A DNA stretch of 64,000 nt from an uncultured bacterium (lineage in GTDB: Bacteria; Bacillota_I; Bacilli_A; RFN20; CAG-826), in the NCBI GenBank assembly GCA_949299165.1, contig CASFZJ010000004.1:31965-95964 (forward strand), given 5' to 3'. Positions 1 through 9,883 of the stretch are shown here, piece by piece (position 1 is the stretch's first letter; each line of letters begins with the position of its first letter). A program made the position numbers and the translations under genes. The notes beneath the pieces are model-generated. The model was not told where the DNA came from, made no database searches, and saw nothing but the letters and a program-made list of their open reading frames with translations.

Positions 1-273
1 GTCATCATTTAAATCACTAGCGTTATTTTGGAGACGAAGCTCATTAACGCTAATTTTTGTCGTGTCAACATTAGCTTGTGCCTTAAAAGTATCTAAAATA
101 AAGTTTTCGCCTTGTTCTACACTATCAAAATAAGTGGTGTTAACACCATTGTAACCATACATGTAGTTTGAAGTATCTAAATTTGAACAAAATGAATTAC
201 AGCTTGTTAAAAGTAGAACTGCCCCAAGAACAGTTGCCCCTCCAAGAACCTTTTTAATGCTTTTTTTATTCAT
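1..273 (-). CDS. putative lipoprotein precursor, N-terminal part (gene runs off the left edge); could be the insertase-type lipoprotein expected after rnpA, but identity is unresolved
   Basis: Not in the ORF track because it is truncated by the window. Minus-strand ATG at 273-271 is preceded by AAGGAG. Translation MNKKSIKKVLGGATVLGAVLLLTSCNSFCSN... is a signal peptide plus lipobox (LLTS-C). It sits 4 nt downstream of the rnpA stop. Confidence 0.5.
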   Translation of the reverse strand, partial: MNKKSIKKVLGGATVLGAVLLLTSCNSFCSNLDTSNYMYGYNGVNTTYFDSVEQGENFILDTFKAQANVDTTKISVNELRLQNNASDLNDD

Positions 274-276
274 TGA

Positions 277-615
277 TTACTCCTTAATAGAAGTGATTTG
301 TAGAATCAATTCTTTGAGAAGATTTTCGTTTTTCGAAAATTCTTCAGTTTTATATTTTTTCGAGATAACAATAATGATATCTAATCCGCAATTTTTATAA
401 TCAAGATATTTATCAACAATTGATCTGACTTGTCGTTTGATTTTAACTCTTTTTACAGCGATTCCGTTCTTTTTTGTTACAAGTATTCCGACTCTAGAGT
501 ATCCGAATTCGTTTTTACGATAATATAATGTAAAGATTTCGTTTCGTTTAAATTTTCTGAGGTCGAGTATTTCCTTAAATTCTCGATATTTTTTTACGCG
601 GTTAAGTTCTTTCAT
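277..615 (-). CDS. rnpA: ribonuclease P protein component
   Basis: 112-aa basic protein immediately downstream of rpmH (start 3 nt after the rpmH stop). Contains the ...RVGILVTKKNGIAVKRVKIKRQVR... RNase P protein-like basic motif. Conserved rpmH-rnpA synteny next to oriC. Confidence 0.85.
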   Translation of the reverse strand: MKELNRVKKYREFKEILDLRKFKRNEIFTLYYRKNEFGYSRVGILVTKKNGIAVKRVKIKRQVRSIVDKYLDYKNCGLDIIIVISKKYKTEEFSKNENLLKELILQITSIKE

Positions 616-618
616 TAA

Positions 619-765
619 TTAGTGCTTTGTATTAACAACTAAGACTTTTCTGCCTTTCTTTCTTCTTAAAGCTAAAACTTTTCTTCCATGACCTGTAGCC
701 ATTCTAGCTCTGAAACCATGTACTCTTGCTTTGTGCAATTTGCTTGGTTGATAAGTTCTTTTCAT
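619..765 (-). CDS. rpmH: 50S ribosomal protein L34
   Basis: Below the ORF-track size cutoff; translated by hand as [48 protein letters not shown] (48 aa). This is the canonical L34 sequence. An AGGAGG RBS lies upstream. Confidence 0.9.
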   Translation of the reverse strand: MKRTYQPSKLHKARVHGFRARMATGHGRKVLALRRKKGRKVLVVNTKH

Positions 766-916
766 ATTACATTCCTCCTAAAATATGCAAAAGAAATTAT
801 ATATGTATAAATACATATAAGTCAACAAATTGTGCTTTTTTGACACTTTAGCCACACAAGCGATTTTTTAAACTTTTTATGTTTTGCACAGCGATGTTGA
901 AAAAGAATATTTTTAA

Positions 917-1113
917 TGTGGAAAGCAAAAATTTTAATGATAAATAAGGAAAAATATGAGTGTGGAAAAATAATTTTAATGTGTATAAGTTTTAACACAA
1001 TCCACATTTTCCACATTGATAAAAGTTTTCCACATATTTTTCCACATTAAAATTGTGTATAAATATTTTTATTATGTGCCTATCGAATTTTTTTGAATTT
1101 ATAATGTGGAAAA
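917..1113. other. oriC part 1: DnaA-box cluster upstream of dnaA
   Basis: Nine 9-mers within 0-2 mismatches of TTATCCACA. Plus orientation: CAATCCACA 998-1006; TTTTCCACA 1007-1015, 1026-1034 and 1038-1046. Reverse orientation: TGTGGAAAG 917-925; TGTGGAAAA 961-969 and 1105-1113; TGTGTATAA 980-988 and 1054-1062. Very AT-rich flanks. Confidence 0.8.
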
Positions 1114-1177
1114 CTCTCTTTTTGGTATTTTACACCCTTAATTTTTATATTCGTTTAATATACAATATTAAAGCGTT

Positions 1178-2539
1178 ATGAATACTACTACAGTCAGTCA
1201 AAACAAAGAACTTTGGAACAACATATTGGCGTTGGTATCGAAAGAAAATGAAAAAACGATATACGACGCTTTTTTTCGCAACACCTCTATTTATAAGGTT
1301 GACGGAAGTAAAATTTTCATTCTTTGTGAATCAAAATTAGCTAAAGAAATTTTGCGTGATCGCTTCGCGAATTACCTTTCTCAAAAGATTAATCAAGCGA
1401 CTTCTTCAAATTACACACCTATCTTTGTCACACAAGATGATTTAAAAGATAAGCAGAAGTTCGTTGATTCTTCCACAGAAGAACCATCGTATTTTAAAAA
1501 CTCTATTATCGATCCAAATTATACTTTTGATAATTTCGTGGTCGGACCATCCAATTCCGAAGCACAAAAAGCGGCACTTTATACTGCGACCGCACCAGGT
1601 GGAATCTATCAAACTCTCTTTATTTATGGAGGAAGTGGATTAGGTAAAACTCACCTTTTAAGTGCAATTGGAAATTACATTAAAAACACAACTCCAGAAA
1701 AGAAAGTTTTGTATTTTTCTAGCCAAGATTTTTTAAACGAATATCTTGATTTCGTGAGTGGTGATACTCGTCGCGAGCAGCTTTATAAATTCTTAAAAAG
1801 TTTTGATATTTTATTGATTGATGATATTCAAATGTTAAAAGATAAAAAGAAGACTCAAGAATTTTTCTTTAACATTTACGAGGATTTTCGTCAAAATCAC
1901 AAGCAAATTTGCTTCACGAGCGATCGCTTGCCTGGCGAACTCGAAGGAATCGATCAAAGAATTTTAACAAGATTTACAAGCGGTTTAAGCGTCTCGATCA
2001 CCAAACCAGACACCGATACTTGTGTCCAAATTTTAAAGACTAAAATTGTTGCTTCAGGAAGTGATTTATCAACTTATGATGAAGACGTTTTGTTTTTTAT
2101 GGCTGATAAATTTAAAGACTCAGTTAGAAGTTTAGAAGGTGCTTTAATCAGACTTAATTTTTACGCCTCAATCAATAAAGCCGAACACATCGATTTGAAA
2201 CTTTGCATGGAAGCTCTTCAGTCGATGGTTGATGTGAGCGATGCGAAAAGCAAAGTCACAGAGCAAAAAATTCTTAACGCAGTTAGTTCTTATTATTCAT
2301 TAAGCATAAGTCAAATTACTGGAAAAATTAAATCTGGAAATATAGTAAACGCAAGACACGTCGCAATTTATTTATTTAGAGATTTATTAAATCTTCCTTT
2401 AAAGAAAATTGGTGCTGTATTTAGCGGAAGAGACCACACCACAATCATGCACTCTGTTGAAAAAATAGACAAAATGTTGAAAACTGATGTGCAAACTCAA
2501 ACCGCTATTAAAGAGTTAAAAAAGCGCATTTCATCGTAA
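1178..2539 (+). CDS. dnaA: chromosomal replication initiator protein DnaA
   Basis: 453 aa. Walker A GGSGLGKTHLL, AAA+ core and C-terminal DNA-binding helix region (...HTTIMHSVEKI...). Flanked by DnaA boxes. Confidence 0.97.
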   Translation: MNTTTVSQNKELWNNILALVSKENEKTIYDAFFRNTSIYKVDGSKIFILCESKLAKEILRDRFANYLSQKINQATSSNYTPIFVTQDDLKDKQKFVDSSTEEPSYFKNSIIDPNYTFDNFVVGPSNSEAQKAALYTATAPGGIYQTLFIYGGSGLGKTHLLSAIGNYIKNTTPEKKVLYFSSQDFLNEYLDFVSGDTRREQLYKFLKSFDILLIDDIQMLKDKKKTQEFFFNIYEDFRQNHKQICFTSDRLPGELEGIDQRILTRFTSGLSVSITKPDTDTCVQILKTKIVASGSDLSTYDEDVLFFMADKFKDSVRSLEGALIRLNFYASINKAEHIDLKLCMEALQSMVDVSDAKSKVTEQKILNAVSSYYSLSISQITGKIKSGNIVNARHVAIYLFRDLLNLPLKKIGAVFSGRDHTTIMHSVEKIDKMLKTDVQTQTAIKELKKRISS

Positions 2540-2570
2540 TTATTTGATTTAGTGAATTCTTAAAACAGAG

Positions 2571-2613
2571 ATTTCCACACAATCCACAGAGCTTATTATT
2601 ATAAATATAAAAA
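2571..2613 (+). other. oriC part 2: tandem DnaA-box pair plus trinucleotide-periodic AT tract (candidate unwinding element)
   Basis: ATTTCCACA (2571-2579) abuts CAATCCACA (2580-2588). These are followed by GAGC and then TTATTATTATAAATATAAAAA (2593-2613), in the dnaA-dnaN spacer. Confidence 0.6.
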
Positions 2614-2628
2614 GAGGTAATATTATTT

Positions 2629-3753
2629 ATGAAATTTACAATTAAAAGAAACGAATTTTTAAGAGCAGTTACACAAACAAGTAAATTTATTCCTACAACT
2701 TCACCTAATCCAATTCTTTTAGATTTAGCTCTTGTTGTTAATGAAGAAGGTTTAGTTTTATATGGTGGAAACGGAGAAGTTTTTTCTGAAGCTTTCATTC
2801 CTTTTGTTTTAAATGACAAAGAAATCATTCGTGATTATAAAGAAGGTTCAATTTTAATTAACGCAAAAATTTTGAACGAAATTGTTAAAACAGTAGATGG
2901 AGATGAAATAACATTAGAAATAGTTGAAGATGGTTTAGCTAAACTTGAAAACGATAACAACACAAAATATTCTTTAACTGTTACAAGATTTGAAGAATAT
3001 CCAGATTGTAATTTCGAAGAAAGTGGCACAAAAATTGTAATTGATGCTAAAAAATTCCAAGAAGCAGTCAATCAAGTCTCATTTGCAGCATCTCAAAAAA
3101 ATACTAGAGTTCAATTAAAAGCTGTAAATTTTGAAAATAATGGTACAAATTTAGTTTTTACCGCAACAGATGGATCAAGACTCGCTAAAAAAGAATTGCC
3201 AAGTGATTGTCAAAATCTTTTCTCCATTAATATTGATGCTAAAACGCTCTCAGAGGCCGCTAGAACGCTCGAAAATGAAAAAGAGATTGAAATATATGTT
3301 AGTGATAAAAAAATCTTATTTAAGTATGCTAATTCAAAAATAATCACAAATTTAATCGGTGGTGATTATCCAAATGTCAAAAATATCATTCCAAAGACTT
3401 ATTATTACTACCTTGAAGTTAATGCGAATGACTTTTTAAGCGCTATTAATAGTGTTGCTATGCTTACCCTTGATAGAGAAAACATTGTTAAAGTCACAAT
3501 GGTTGAAGGAAATGTTGTTGTTTCTTCAAAATCTCAGCTTTCTGGTAGTGGTGAAAAAATCTTAAGTTTGTTTAGATACACAGGTGAAAGATTAGAAATC
3601 AGTTTTAACTATCACTATGTTGTTGATGCGATTAAGGCGCTTGGCAGTCAAGATGTTTTAATTTCGTTCGTTGGCGAAATGAAACCATTCACAATCACTG
3701 ATAAAAACGATACAAGTAACGTTCATTTAATAACCCCTGTAAGAACTTATTAG
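2629..3753 (+). CDS. dnaN: DNA polymerase III beta sliding clamp
   Basis: 374 aa with typical three-domain clamp length, MKFTIKRNEFL... start and position after dnaA. RBS AAGAGG. Confidence 0.95.
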   Translation: MKFTIKRNEFLRAVTQTSKFIPTTSPNPILLDLALVVNEEGLVLYGGNGEVFSEAFIPFVLNDKEIIRDYKEGSILINAKILNEIVKTVDGDEITLEIVEDGLAKLENDNNTKYSLTVTRFEEYPDCNFEESGTKIVIDAKKFQEAVNQVSFAASQKNTRVQLKAVNFENNGTNLVFTATDGSRLAKKELPSDCQNLFSINIDAKTLSEAARTLENEKEIEIYVSDKKILFKYANSKIITNLIGGDYPNVKNIIPKTYYYYLEVNANDFLSAINSVAMLTLDRENIVKVTMVEGNVVVSSKSQLSGSGEKILSLFRYTGERLEISFNYHYVVDAIKALGSQDVLISFVGEMKPFTITDKNDTSNVHLITPVRTY

Positions 3754-3773
3754 AAGAACAAAATTTAAAGACT

Positions 3774-3803
3774 CGACTACCTATACAAGGGCAGTCGTTT
3801 TTT
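3774..3803 (+). terminator. rho-independent terminator after dnaN
   Basis: Stem CGACTACC (3774-3781) pairs with GGGCAGTCG (3789-3797), with one mismatch. Followed by TTTTTT. Confidence 0.6.
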
Positions 3804-3849
3804 CTTTAAAATAAACTTCCTTTAATATATAATATTAAAGGAGTTTTAT

Positions 3850-4071
3850 ATGGCAAAAGTTGTGAAGATCAAAATAACGAGTGAATATATTACACTTGGT
3901 CAATTTCTTAAATTCGCTGATGTAATTTCTTTTGGAGGCGAAGCAAAGGAGTATATTTTAGAACACAATATTTTTGTTAATGGCGACATCTGTAAGATGA
4001 GGGGCAAAAAACTTTATCCTGGCACAGAAGTTGTTATTGATGACTCCTTGTTCTTTGAAATAGATAAATGA
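3850..4071 (+). CDS. yaaA: S4-domain RNA-binding protein YaaA
   Basis: 73 aa with S4-like ...ITLGQFLKF...VNGDICKMRGKKLYPGTEV... Conserved position between dnaN and recF. Its stop overlaps the recF start (ATGA). Confidence 0.8.
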   Translation: MAKVVKIKITSEYITLGQFLKFADVISFGGEAKEYILEHNIFVNGDICKMRGKKLYPGTEVVIDDSLFFEIDK

Positions 4072-5132
4072 TTGTAAAAAAACTTGAATTACAAAATTTT
4101 CGAAATTATGACTCTTTAGTAGCTGATTTTGAAAGCGGAATAAATTATATCTATGGAGAGAATGCAAGTGGCAAAACAAACATTCTTGAAGCGATATATT
4201 TTTTATCTTTAACTAGGTCTTTTAGAACAAGCGATATTTGCGATTTAATTGAAAAAGACAAAGGTTTTGCAAGGATTTTCGCAGAAATTGTTGATAAAGA
4301 CAGCACAAAAAAGCTAGAAATTTTATTCAATAAAACAGGTAAAAAAATTCTTGTTAATGGTAAGAAAATTTCGAAAATCAGCGAAATCAATAAACTCATA
4401 AATGTGGTAAGTTTTATTCCGAAGGACACAAATCTTTTAAAAGAGCCACCTAAAGAAAGAAGAAGATTTTTAAATATTTATATTTCAAAACTTTCAGATA
4501 AATATTTAAAAATATTGTCTCTTTACGAAAAAATTCTAAAAGAAAGGAATGACGCATTTAAAGCTTACAAGATAAATTACACATTAATTGATATTTTGAC
4601 GAATCAATTAATTGAGTTAAATAAGGAAATTTATCTTTATCGAAAGAAATTTATTGAGGAAATTAATAAAAAAATCCCGGAAATTTTTCAAAAAATTACG
4701 AAAAAAGTTAAAAAACTATATATTTTTTACGAAAGTTTCATAAAAAATGAAAAAATTACGGAATTTTTAAAAAAAGAATTCGAAAAAGTTAGAGAAGAAG
4801 AATTTATCAAAAAGCAAACTTTAATTGGAGTCCATAAAGACGATTTTAAGATTTTTATAGATGATAAAGATGTAAGTCTTTATGGATCACAAGGCGAAAA
4901 TCGAATGAGTGTAATAAGTTTAATTTTATCAATCTATTATCTAACAAAAGAAAATAAACCAGTGATAGTTTTAGATGATGTAATTAGTGAACTTGATAAC
5001 TATCACGAAGAAAATTTGATTAATTTTCTAGAAATATTTGACCAAGTTTTCATAACAAACACTGCAAAAAGCCAATATTTTACAAAAAAATATTACCACT
5101 TAATAGATAGAGAGCTTAAGGAGGAAGAATGA
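4068..5132 (+). CDS. recF: DNA replication/repair protein RecF
   Basis: 354 aa. N-terminal LELQNFRNY...GENASGKTNILEAI Walker A, C-terminal SQGENRM signature region and VLDDV Walker B. Confidence 0.9.
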   Translation: MIVKKLELQNFRNYDSLVADFESGINYIYGENASGKTNILEAIYFLSLTRSFRTSDICDLIEKDKGFARIFAEIVDKDSTKKLEILFNKTGKKILVNGKKISKISEINKLINVVSFIPKDTNLLKEPPKERRRFLNIYISKLSDKYLKILSLYEKILKERNDAFKAYKINYTLIDILTNQLIELNKEIYLYRKKFIEEINKKIPEIFQKITKKVKKLYIFYESFIKNEKITEFLKKEFEKVREEEFIKKQTLIGVHKDDFKIFIDDKDVSLYGSQGENRMSVISLILSIYYLTKENKPVIVLDDVISELDNYHEENLINFLEIFDQVFITNTAKSQYFTKKYYHLIDRELKEEE

Positions 5133-7240
5133 TGGAAGAAGAGAAAAAAGAAGTAAAAGTCGAAGAAACAGAAGAAGAAACGATTAATGAAAAAATCGAT
5201 GTAAATGAAGGTTTCGACGACCAAGAAGAAGGAATTGATGCCAAAATTTCTGACGAAATTATTGACATTAATGACGAGAGAGCGCTGGAAAAAGGCGATG
5301 AAAAATACGATAGTAACGCGATCCAAGTTTTAGAAGGTCTTGAAGCGGTTAGAAAAAGACCTGGTATGTATATCGGGTCCACTTCATCGACAGGTCTCCA
5401 TCATTTAGTTTGGGAAATCGTTGACAATGGTATTGATGAAGCTTTAGCTGGATATTGTGACACAATTTGTGTTGATGTTAATCCGGATAACACCATCACT
5501 GTTACTGATAACGGAAGAGGTATTCCAGTCGATGTCGTTGGAAAAACTAAATTAAGTGGTGTTGAAACTGTTTATACGGTTTTACACGCTGGTGGTAAAT
5601 TCGGTCAAGGAAGTGTTTATAAAGTTTCTGGTGGTTTACATGGCGTTGGCGCATCCGTTGTTAACGCTCTTTCTTCATGGCTTGAAGTTACTGTTCATAA
5701 AGATGGTGGAGTTTATTTCATTCGCTTTGAAAACGGTGGCCATTCAGTTGAACCTCTTAAAAGAATAGGTGATTGTTCGTTTGAAGAACACGGCACAAAA
5801 GTTACTTTTAAGCCTGACCCTACAATTTTTAAAGAAACAACAGTTTATTCTTACGAAACAATTAAAAATAGATTAAGACAAATGGCTTTCTTAAATAAAG
5901 GAGTCACAATTAAACTCCGTGATTTAAGAATGGACCCAATTTTAGAAGACAAATTCCATTTTGAAGGCGGAATTAAGGAATACGTTACTTATGTAAATAG
6001 AAATTCTGATTCATTATTCCCTAATGTTTTTTATTCTGAAGGCGCTCAAATTTTCGATGACAACGGAAATAAAGAAACAATTTATGTTGAAATCGCTCTT
6101 CAATATACGAGAGGATACACACATAATGTTTATTCTTTCTGTAACAATGTTTCAACCGGAAATGGTGGTATGCACGTCGACGGCTTTAACCTTGCGCTTG
6201 TTAGAGTCATCAACAACTACGCAAGAGACAATAAAGTTTTGAAAGATAGCGATAAAGAAAGAATCACTCTTGAAGATTGTCTTGAAGGTTTAACTGCAAT
6301 TATTTCTGTTAAACACCCAAACCCTCAATATGAAGGTCAAACAAAAGGAAAACTTGGAAACCTTGAAGTTAAAAAGATTGTAAATACTGTTTTCGGTGAT
6401 CAATTCCAAAGATATTTACTCGAAAATAAAGACATCGCAATGGCGATTACCAAAAAAGTAAAGAGTGCCTATGATGGAAGACTTGCTGCTCGTGCTGCAA
6501 AAGAAAACATGAGAAGAAAAGACGTTTTAGAGCCTACAACACTTCCTGGAAAACTCGCTGATTGTAGTTCAAATAATCCAGAAGAATGTGAATTATTCAT
6601 TGTTGAAGGTAATTCCGCAGGTGGAAGCGCAAAGCAAGGAAGAGACCCAAAAACTCAAGCTATCATGCCTTTAAGAGGTAAAATTCTTAATGTACAAAAG
6701 GCACAAGCACATCGTATTTTTGAAAATGCTGAAATCGGAAATATGATTAGTGCAATTGGTGCTGGCTATGGCGAAGAATTCGATATTACAAAAATTAGAT
6801 ATCATAAAATTGTTATTATGACTGATGCCGATGTCGATGGTTCTCACATCAGAATCTTGCTTTTAACTTTCTTCCATAGATTTATGAAACCTTTAATCGA
6901 ACATGGTTGTGTTTATATTGCTCAACCTCCTCTATATAAAGTTGAATATAAAGGAAAAGCTTATTACGCATATAACGACGAACAATTAAATGTTATTAGA
7001 AAAGAATTAGATTTAAAACCTGGCTATCCATACCAAAGATACAAAGGTCTTGGTGAAATGGATCCATCCCAACTTGAAGAAACTACAATGGATCCAAAAG
7101 TTAGAAAAATGTTACGTGTAACTGTTGATGATGCAGTTGCAGCAGATCAAGTATTTAACGATTTGATGGGTGAAGATGTTGAACCACGTTCAACCTTCAT
7201 TGAACAAAACGCTAAGTTCGTTAAGAATCTGGATATTTAA
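5129..7240 (+). CDS. gyrB: DNA gyrase subunit B (with about 55-aa acidic N-terminal extension)
   Basis: 703 aa. Motifs LEGLEAVRKRPGMYIG, GHKL ATPase, EGNSAGGSAKQGRD, Toprim PLRGKILNV and DADVDGSHI. The start is fixed by AAGGAGG 5 nt upstream and overlaps the recF stop. Confidence 0.97.
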   Translation: MMEEEKKEVKVEETEEETINEKIDVNEGFDDQEEGIDAKISDEIIDINDERALEKGDEKYDSNAIQVLEGLEAVRKRPGMYIGSTSSTGLHHLVWEIVDNGIDEALAGYCDTICVDVNPDNTITVTDNGRGIPVDVVGKTKLSGVETVYTVLHAGGKFGQGSVYKVSGGLHGVGASVVNALSSWLEVTVHKDGGVYFIRFENGGHSVEPLKRIGDCSFEEHGTKVTFKPDPTIFKETTVYSYETIKNRLRQMAFLNKGVTIKLRDLRMDPILEDKFHFEGGIKEYVTYVNRNSDSLFPNVFYSEGAQIFDDNGNKETIYVEIALQYTRGYTHNVYSFCNNVSTGNGGMHVDGFNLALVRVINNYARDNKVLKDSDKERITLEDCLEGLTAIISVKHPNPQYEGQTKGKLGNLEVKKIVNTVFGDQFQRYLLENKDIAMAITKKVKSAYDGRLAARAAKENMRRKDVLEPTTLPGKLADCSSNNPEECELFIVEGNSAGGSAKQGRDPKTQAIMPLRGKILNVQKAQAHRIFENAEIGNMISAIGAGYGEEFDITKIRYHKIVIMTDADVDGSHIRILLLTFFHRFMKPLIEHGCVYIAQPPLYKVEYKGKAYYAYNDEQLNVIRKELDLKPGYPYQRYKGLGEMDPSQLEETTMDPKVRKMLRVTVDDAVAADQVFNDLMGEDVEPRSTFIEQNAKFVKNLDI

Positions 7241-7259
7241 TAAAATATGAGGTATTTGC

Positions 7260-9854
7260 ATGGAAAATGATGAAAAGAAAGTAGAAAATTTAAACGAAGA
7301 AACTACTGAAGAAGAACAATTAAAAGAAGAAAATGCCGGACTTGAGGCTGGTATTGTACCATCTTTATCAAATACTGAAATCGTCACGCAAGTTCAAGAT
7401 TCATTCCTTGATTATGCGATGAGCGTTATTGTTTCTCGTGCCCTTCCAGATGTCAGAGATGGTTTAAAACCAGTTCATAGAAGAGTTATTTTTGGCATGA
7501 TTGATGCTGGATACACTCCAGATAAACCATTTGTTAAGTCAGCAAAAATTGTTGGTGATGTTATGGGTAAATATCACCCACACGGCGACTCTGCAATTTA
7601 TCAAACTCTCGTTAGATTAGCTCAACCTTTCTCGATGAGATACACACTCGTTAGTGGACATGGTAATTTTGGCTCAATGGACGGCGATGAAGCTGCTGCT
7701 TCTCGTTACACTGAAGCTAGAATGTCAAAAATCTCTCTTGAAATGGTCAGAGATATAAATTATGAAACAGTAGATTTTGTGCCTAACTATGATGGTAGTT
7801 TAGAAGAACCTAGCGTATTACCAGCACGTTTCCCTAATTTGTTGGTTAATGGTAGTGATGGTATCGCTGTTGGTATGGCTACCAAGATGCCACCACACAA
7901 CTTAACCGAAGTTTGTGATGGAATTAAATTTGTTGCTGAAAATCCAGATTGTTCAATTGAAGATTTAATGAAAATTATTAAAGCACCAGATTTTCCAACA
8001 GGCGGCATTATTTATGGACTTGGCGGAGTGAGAGATGCTTATCTTACTGGTAGAGGTACATTTAGATTAAGAGCAAAAACTGAGATTCAAGAACTTGCAA
8101 ACGGAAAATCAAAAATTATTATCACTGAAATTCCATATCAAGTTAATAAATCAACTTTAGTTGCAAAAATTGGCGAACTTGCTCGTGAAAAAGTAGTTGA
8201 TGGCATTACCTCAGTAAAAGATTTTTCAAAAACTGATGTAAAAATCGAAATTGAAACAAGAAGAGATGTTGTTCCACAAGTTATTCTTAATCAATTATTC
8301 AAAAATACACAACTTGAAGTTAGTTATGGTGTAATTAATCTTTGCATTGTAAACGGCGTCCCTAGAGTATTAGGTCTAAAAGATTTAATTAACCAATATA
8401 TCGATTTCCAAATTGAAATTGTTGAAAAGAGAACTAAATTCTTAAAAGCTAAGGACGAAGCAAGACAACATATCATTGAAGCTTTAATTAAAGTTCACGA
8501 TCTTTTAGATATTAGACAACCTGGCGGAAAAGAAAGCAGAGACGAATTTATTGATCTCGCAACTTCCTCTCCAAACCAAGCAGTCTTAACTGAAAGACTT
8601 ATGGAAAGATATGGATTTACTGAAGTTCAAGCAAAAGCGGTTGTTGCGATGACAATTGGTCGTTTAACTGGTCTTGAAACACAAAAACTTCACGATGAAT
8701 TCGATACTCTTGCTAAAAATATCGAAAGATACGTTTATATTTTGGAATCAAGAGAACATATGCTTGAAGTCGCACTTCAAGAACTCGAAGAAATTAAAAA
8801 GAGATATGGCGACGATAGAAGAACCGCTGTTTCTACCGAAATTTCTTCAATTGATGATGAAGATTTAATTCCTGAAGAAGACATTGTTATTACTTTAACT
8901 AATAAAGGATATATCAAGAGAATGTCTACTTCTGAATTTAAACTTCAAAATAGAGGTGGGACTGGCGTTAAAGGAATGAGTGTTTATAACGACGATGAAG
9001 TTATGATTCTTCTTTCGTCAAAAACTCATACAGATATCTTATTCTTCTCAAATTTAGGCCGTGTTTATCGTAAAAGAGGGCACGAAATTCCAGAATTTGG
9101 CCGAACAGGAAAAGGCTTACCAGTTATTAATTTATTAAACCTTGATAAAGATGAAAGAATTGTTGCTTTAATTAGCGCTGATGAATACGAAAACCATTAC
9201 TTATTCTTCACAACCGAAAAAGGCGTTGTCAAAAGAACAAGTTTAGAAGAATTCAAGAGAATTAATTGTAATGGTAAAAACGCAATTTCCTTCAAGGAAG
9301 GTGACAATTTATTAGATGTTAGAGTAACAAACGGCAAAGCTAGAATTCTTCTTGCAAGTAGCGATGGAAAACTCTGTATGTTTGATGAAGAAGATGTCAG
9401 AGCTATGGGAAGAAACGCTGCTGGTGTTAGAGGTATGAAGCTAAGAGATGAAGATAAAATTATTGGCTTATCTACTAACCAAACAGGACATTTAGTTTTC
9501 GCTTTAAGTGAAAATGGTCTTGGTAAATTATCCGATATTGAAGATTATAGATTAACTAATAGAGGAGCAGGTGGCGTTATCACAATCAAGATAACTGAAA
9601 AAACCGGAAAACTCGTTGGTATGAAAGTCATCAATGGCGACGAAGATTACTTAGTTATGACAAATAACGGTCAAGTAATTAGATCTCCAATTTCTCAGGT
9701 TAGATTATGTGGTAGAAATTCATCTGGCGTTAAAATCATCAACTTAAAAGAAAGTGAAAAAGTTTCAAGTTTCACGATTTTACCTCACGAAGAAAATGTT
9801 GAAACGAACGAAAATAACAAACAAGAAACACCACAAAAACCTACTGAAAATTAA
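7260..9854 (+). CDS. gyrA: DNA gyrase subunit A (acidic N-terminal extension and acidic C-terminal tail)
   Basis: 864 aa. Contains YAMSVIVSRALPDVRDGLKPVHRR, the active-site region ...AAASRYTEARM... and C-terminal beta-pinwheel repeats. Confidence 0.97.
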   Translation: MENDEKKVENLNEETTEEEQLKEENAGLEAGIVPSLSNTEIVTQVQDSFLDYAMSVIVSRALPDVRDGLKPVHRRVIFGMIDAGYTPDKPFVKSAKIVGDVMGKYHPHGDSAIYQTLVRLAQPFSMRYTLVSGHGNFGSMDGDEAAASRYTEARMSKISLEMVRDINYETVDFVPNYDGSLEEPSVLPARFPNLLVNGSDGIAVGMATKMPPHNLTEVCDGIKFVAENPDCSIEDLMKIIKAPDFPTGGIIYGLGGVRDAYLTGRGTFRLRAKTEIQELANGKSKIIITEIPYQVNKSTLVAKIGELAREKVVDGITSVKDFSKTDVKIEIETRRDVVPQVILNQLFKNTQLEVSYGVINLCIVNGVPRVLGLKDLINQYIDFQIEIVEKRTKFLKAKDEARQHIIEALIKVHDLLDIRQPGGKESRDEFIDLATSSPNQAVLTERLMERYGFTEVQAKAVVAMTIGRLTGLETQKLHDEFDTLAKNIERYVYILESREHMLEVALQELEEIKKRYGDDRRTAVSTEISSIDDEDLIPEEDIVITLTNKGYIKRMSTSEFKLQNRGGTGVKGMSVYNDDEVMILLSSKTHTDILFFSNLGRVYRKRGHEIPEFGRTGKGLPVINLLNLDKDERIVALISADEYENHYLFFTTEKGVVKRTSLEEFKRINCNGKNAISFKEGDNLLDVRVTNGKARILLASSDGKLCMFDEEDVRAMGRNAAGVRGMKLRDEDKIIGLSTNQTGHLVFALSENGLGKLSDIEDYRLTNRGAGGVITIKITEKTGKLVGMKVINGDEDYLVMTNNGQVIRSPISQVRLCGRNSSGVKIINLKESEKVSSFTILPHEENVETNENNKQETPQKPTEN

Positions 9855-9883
9855 CTAAAAAACTACTAATTTGTTGAAAAACC

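Noticed and set aside
2508-2828. 106-aa minus-strand ORF spanning the dnaA-dnaN spacer
   Set aside because: It overlaps the dnaA 3' end, the DnaA-box pair and the dnaN 5' end, with no independent support.
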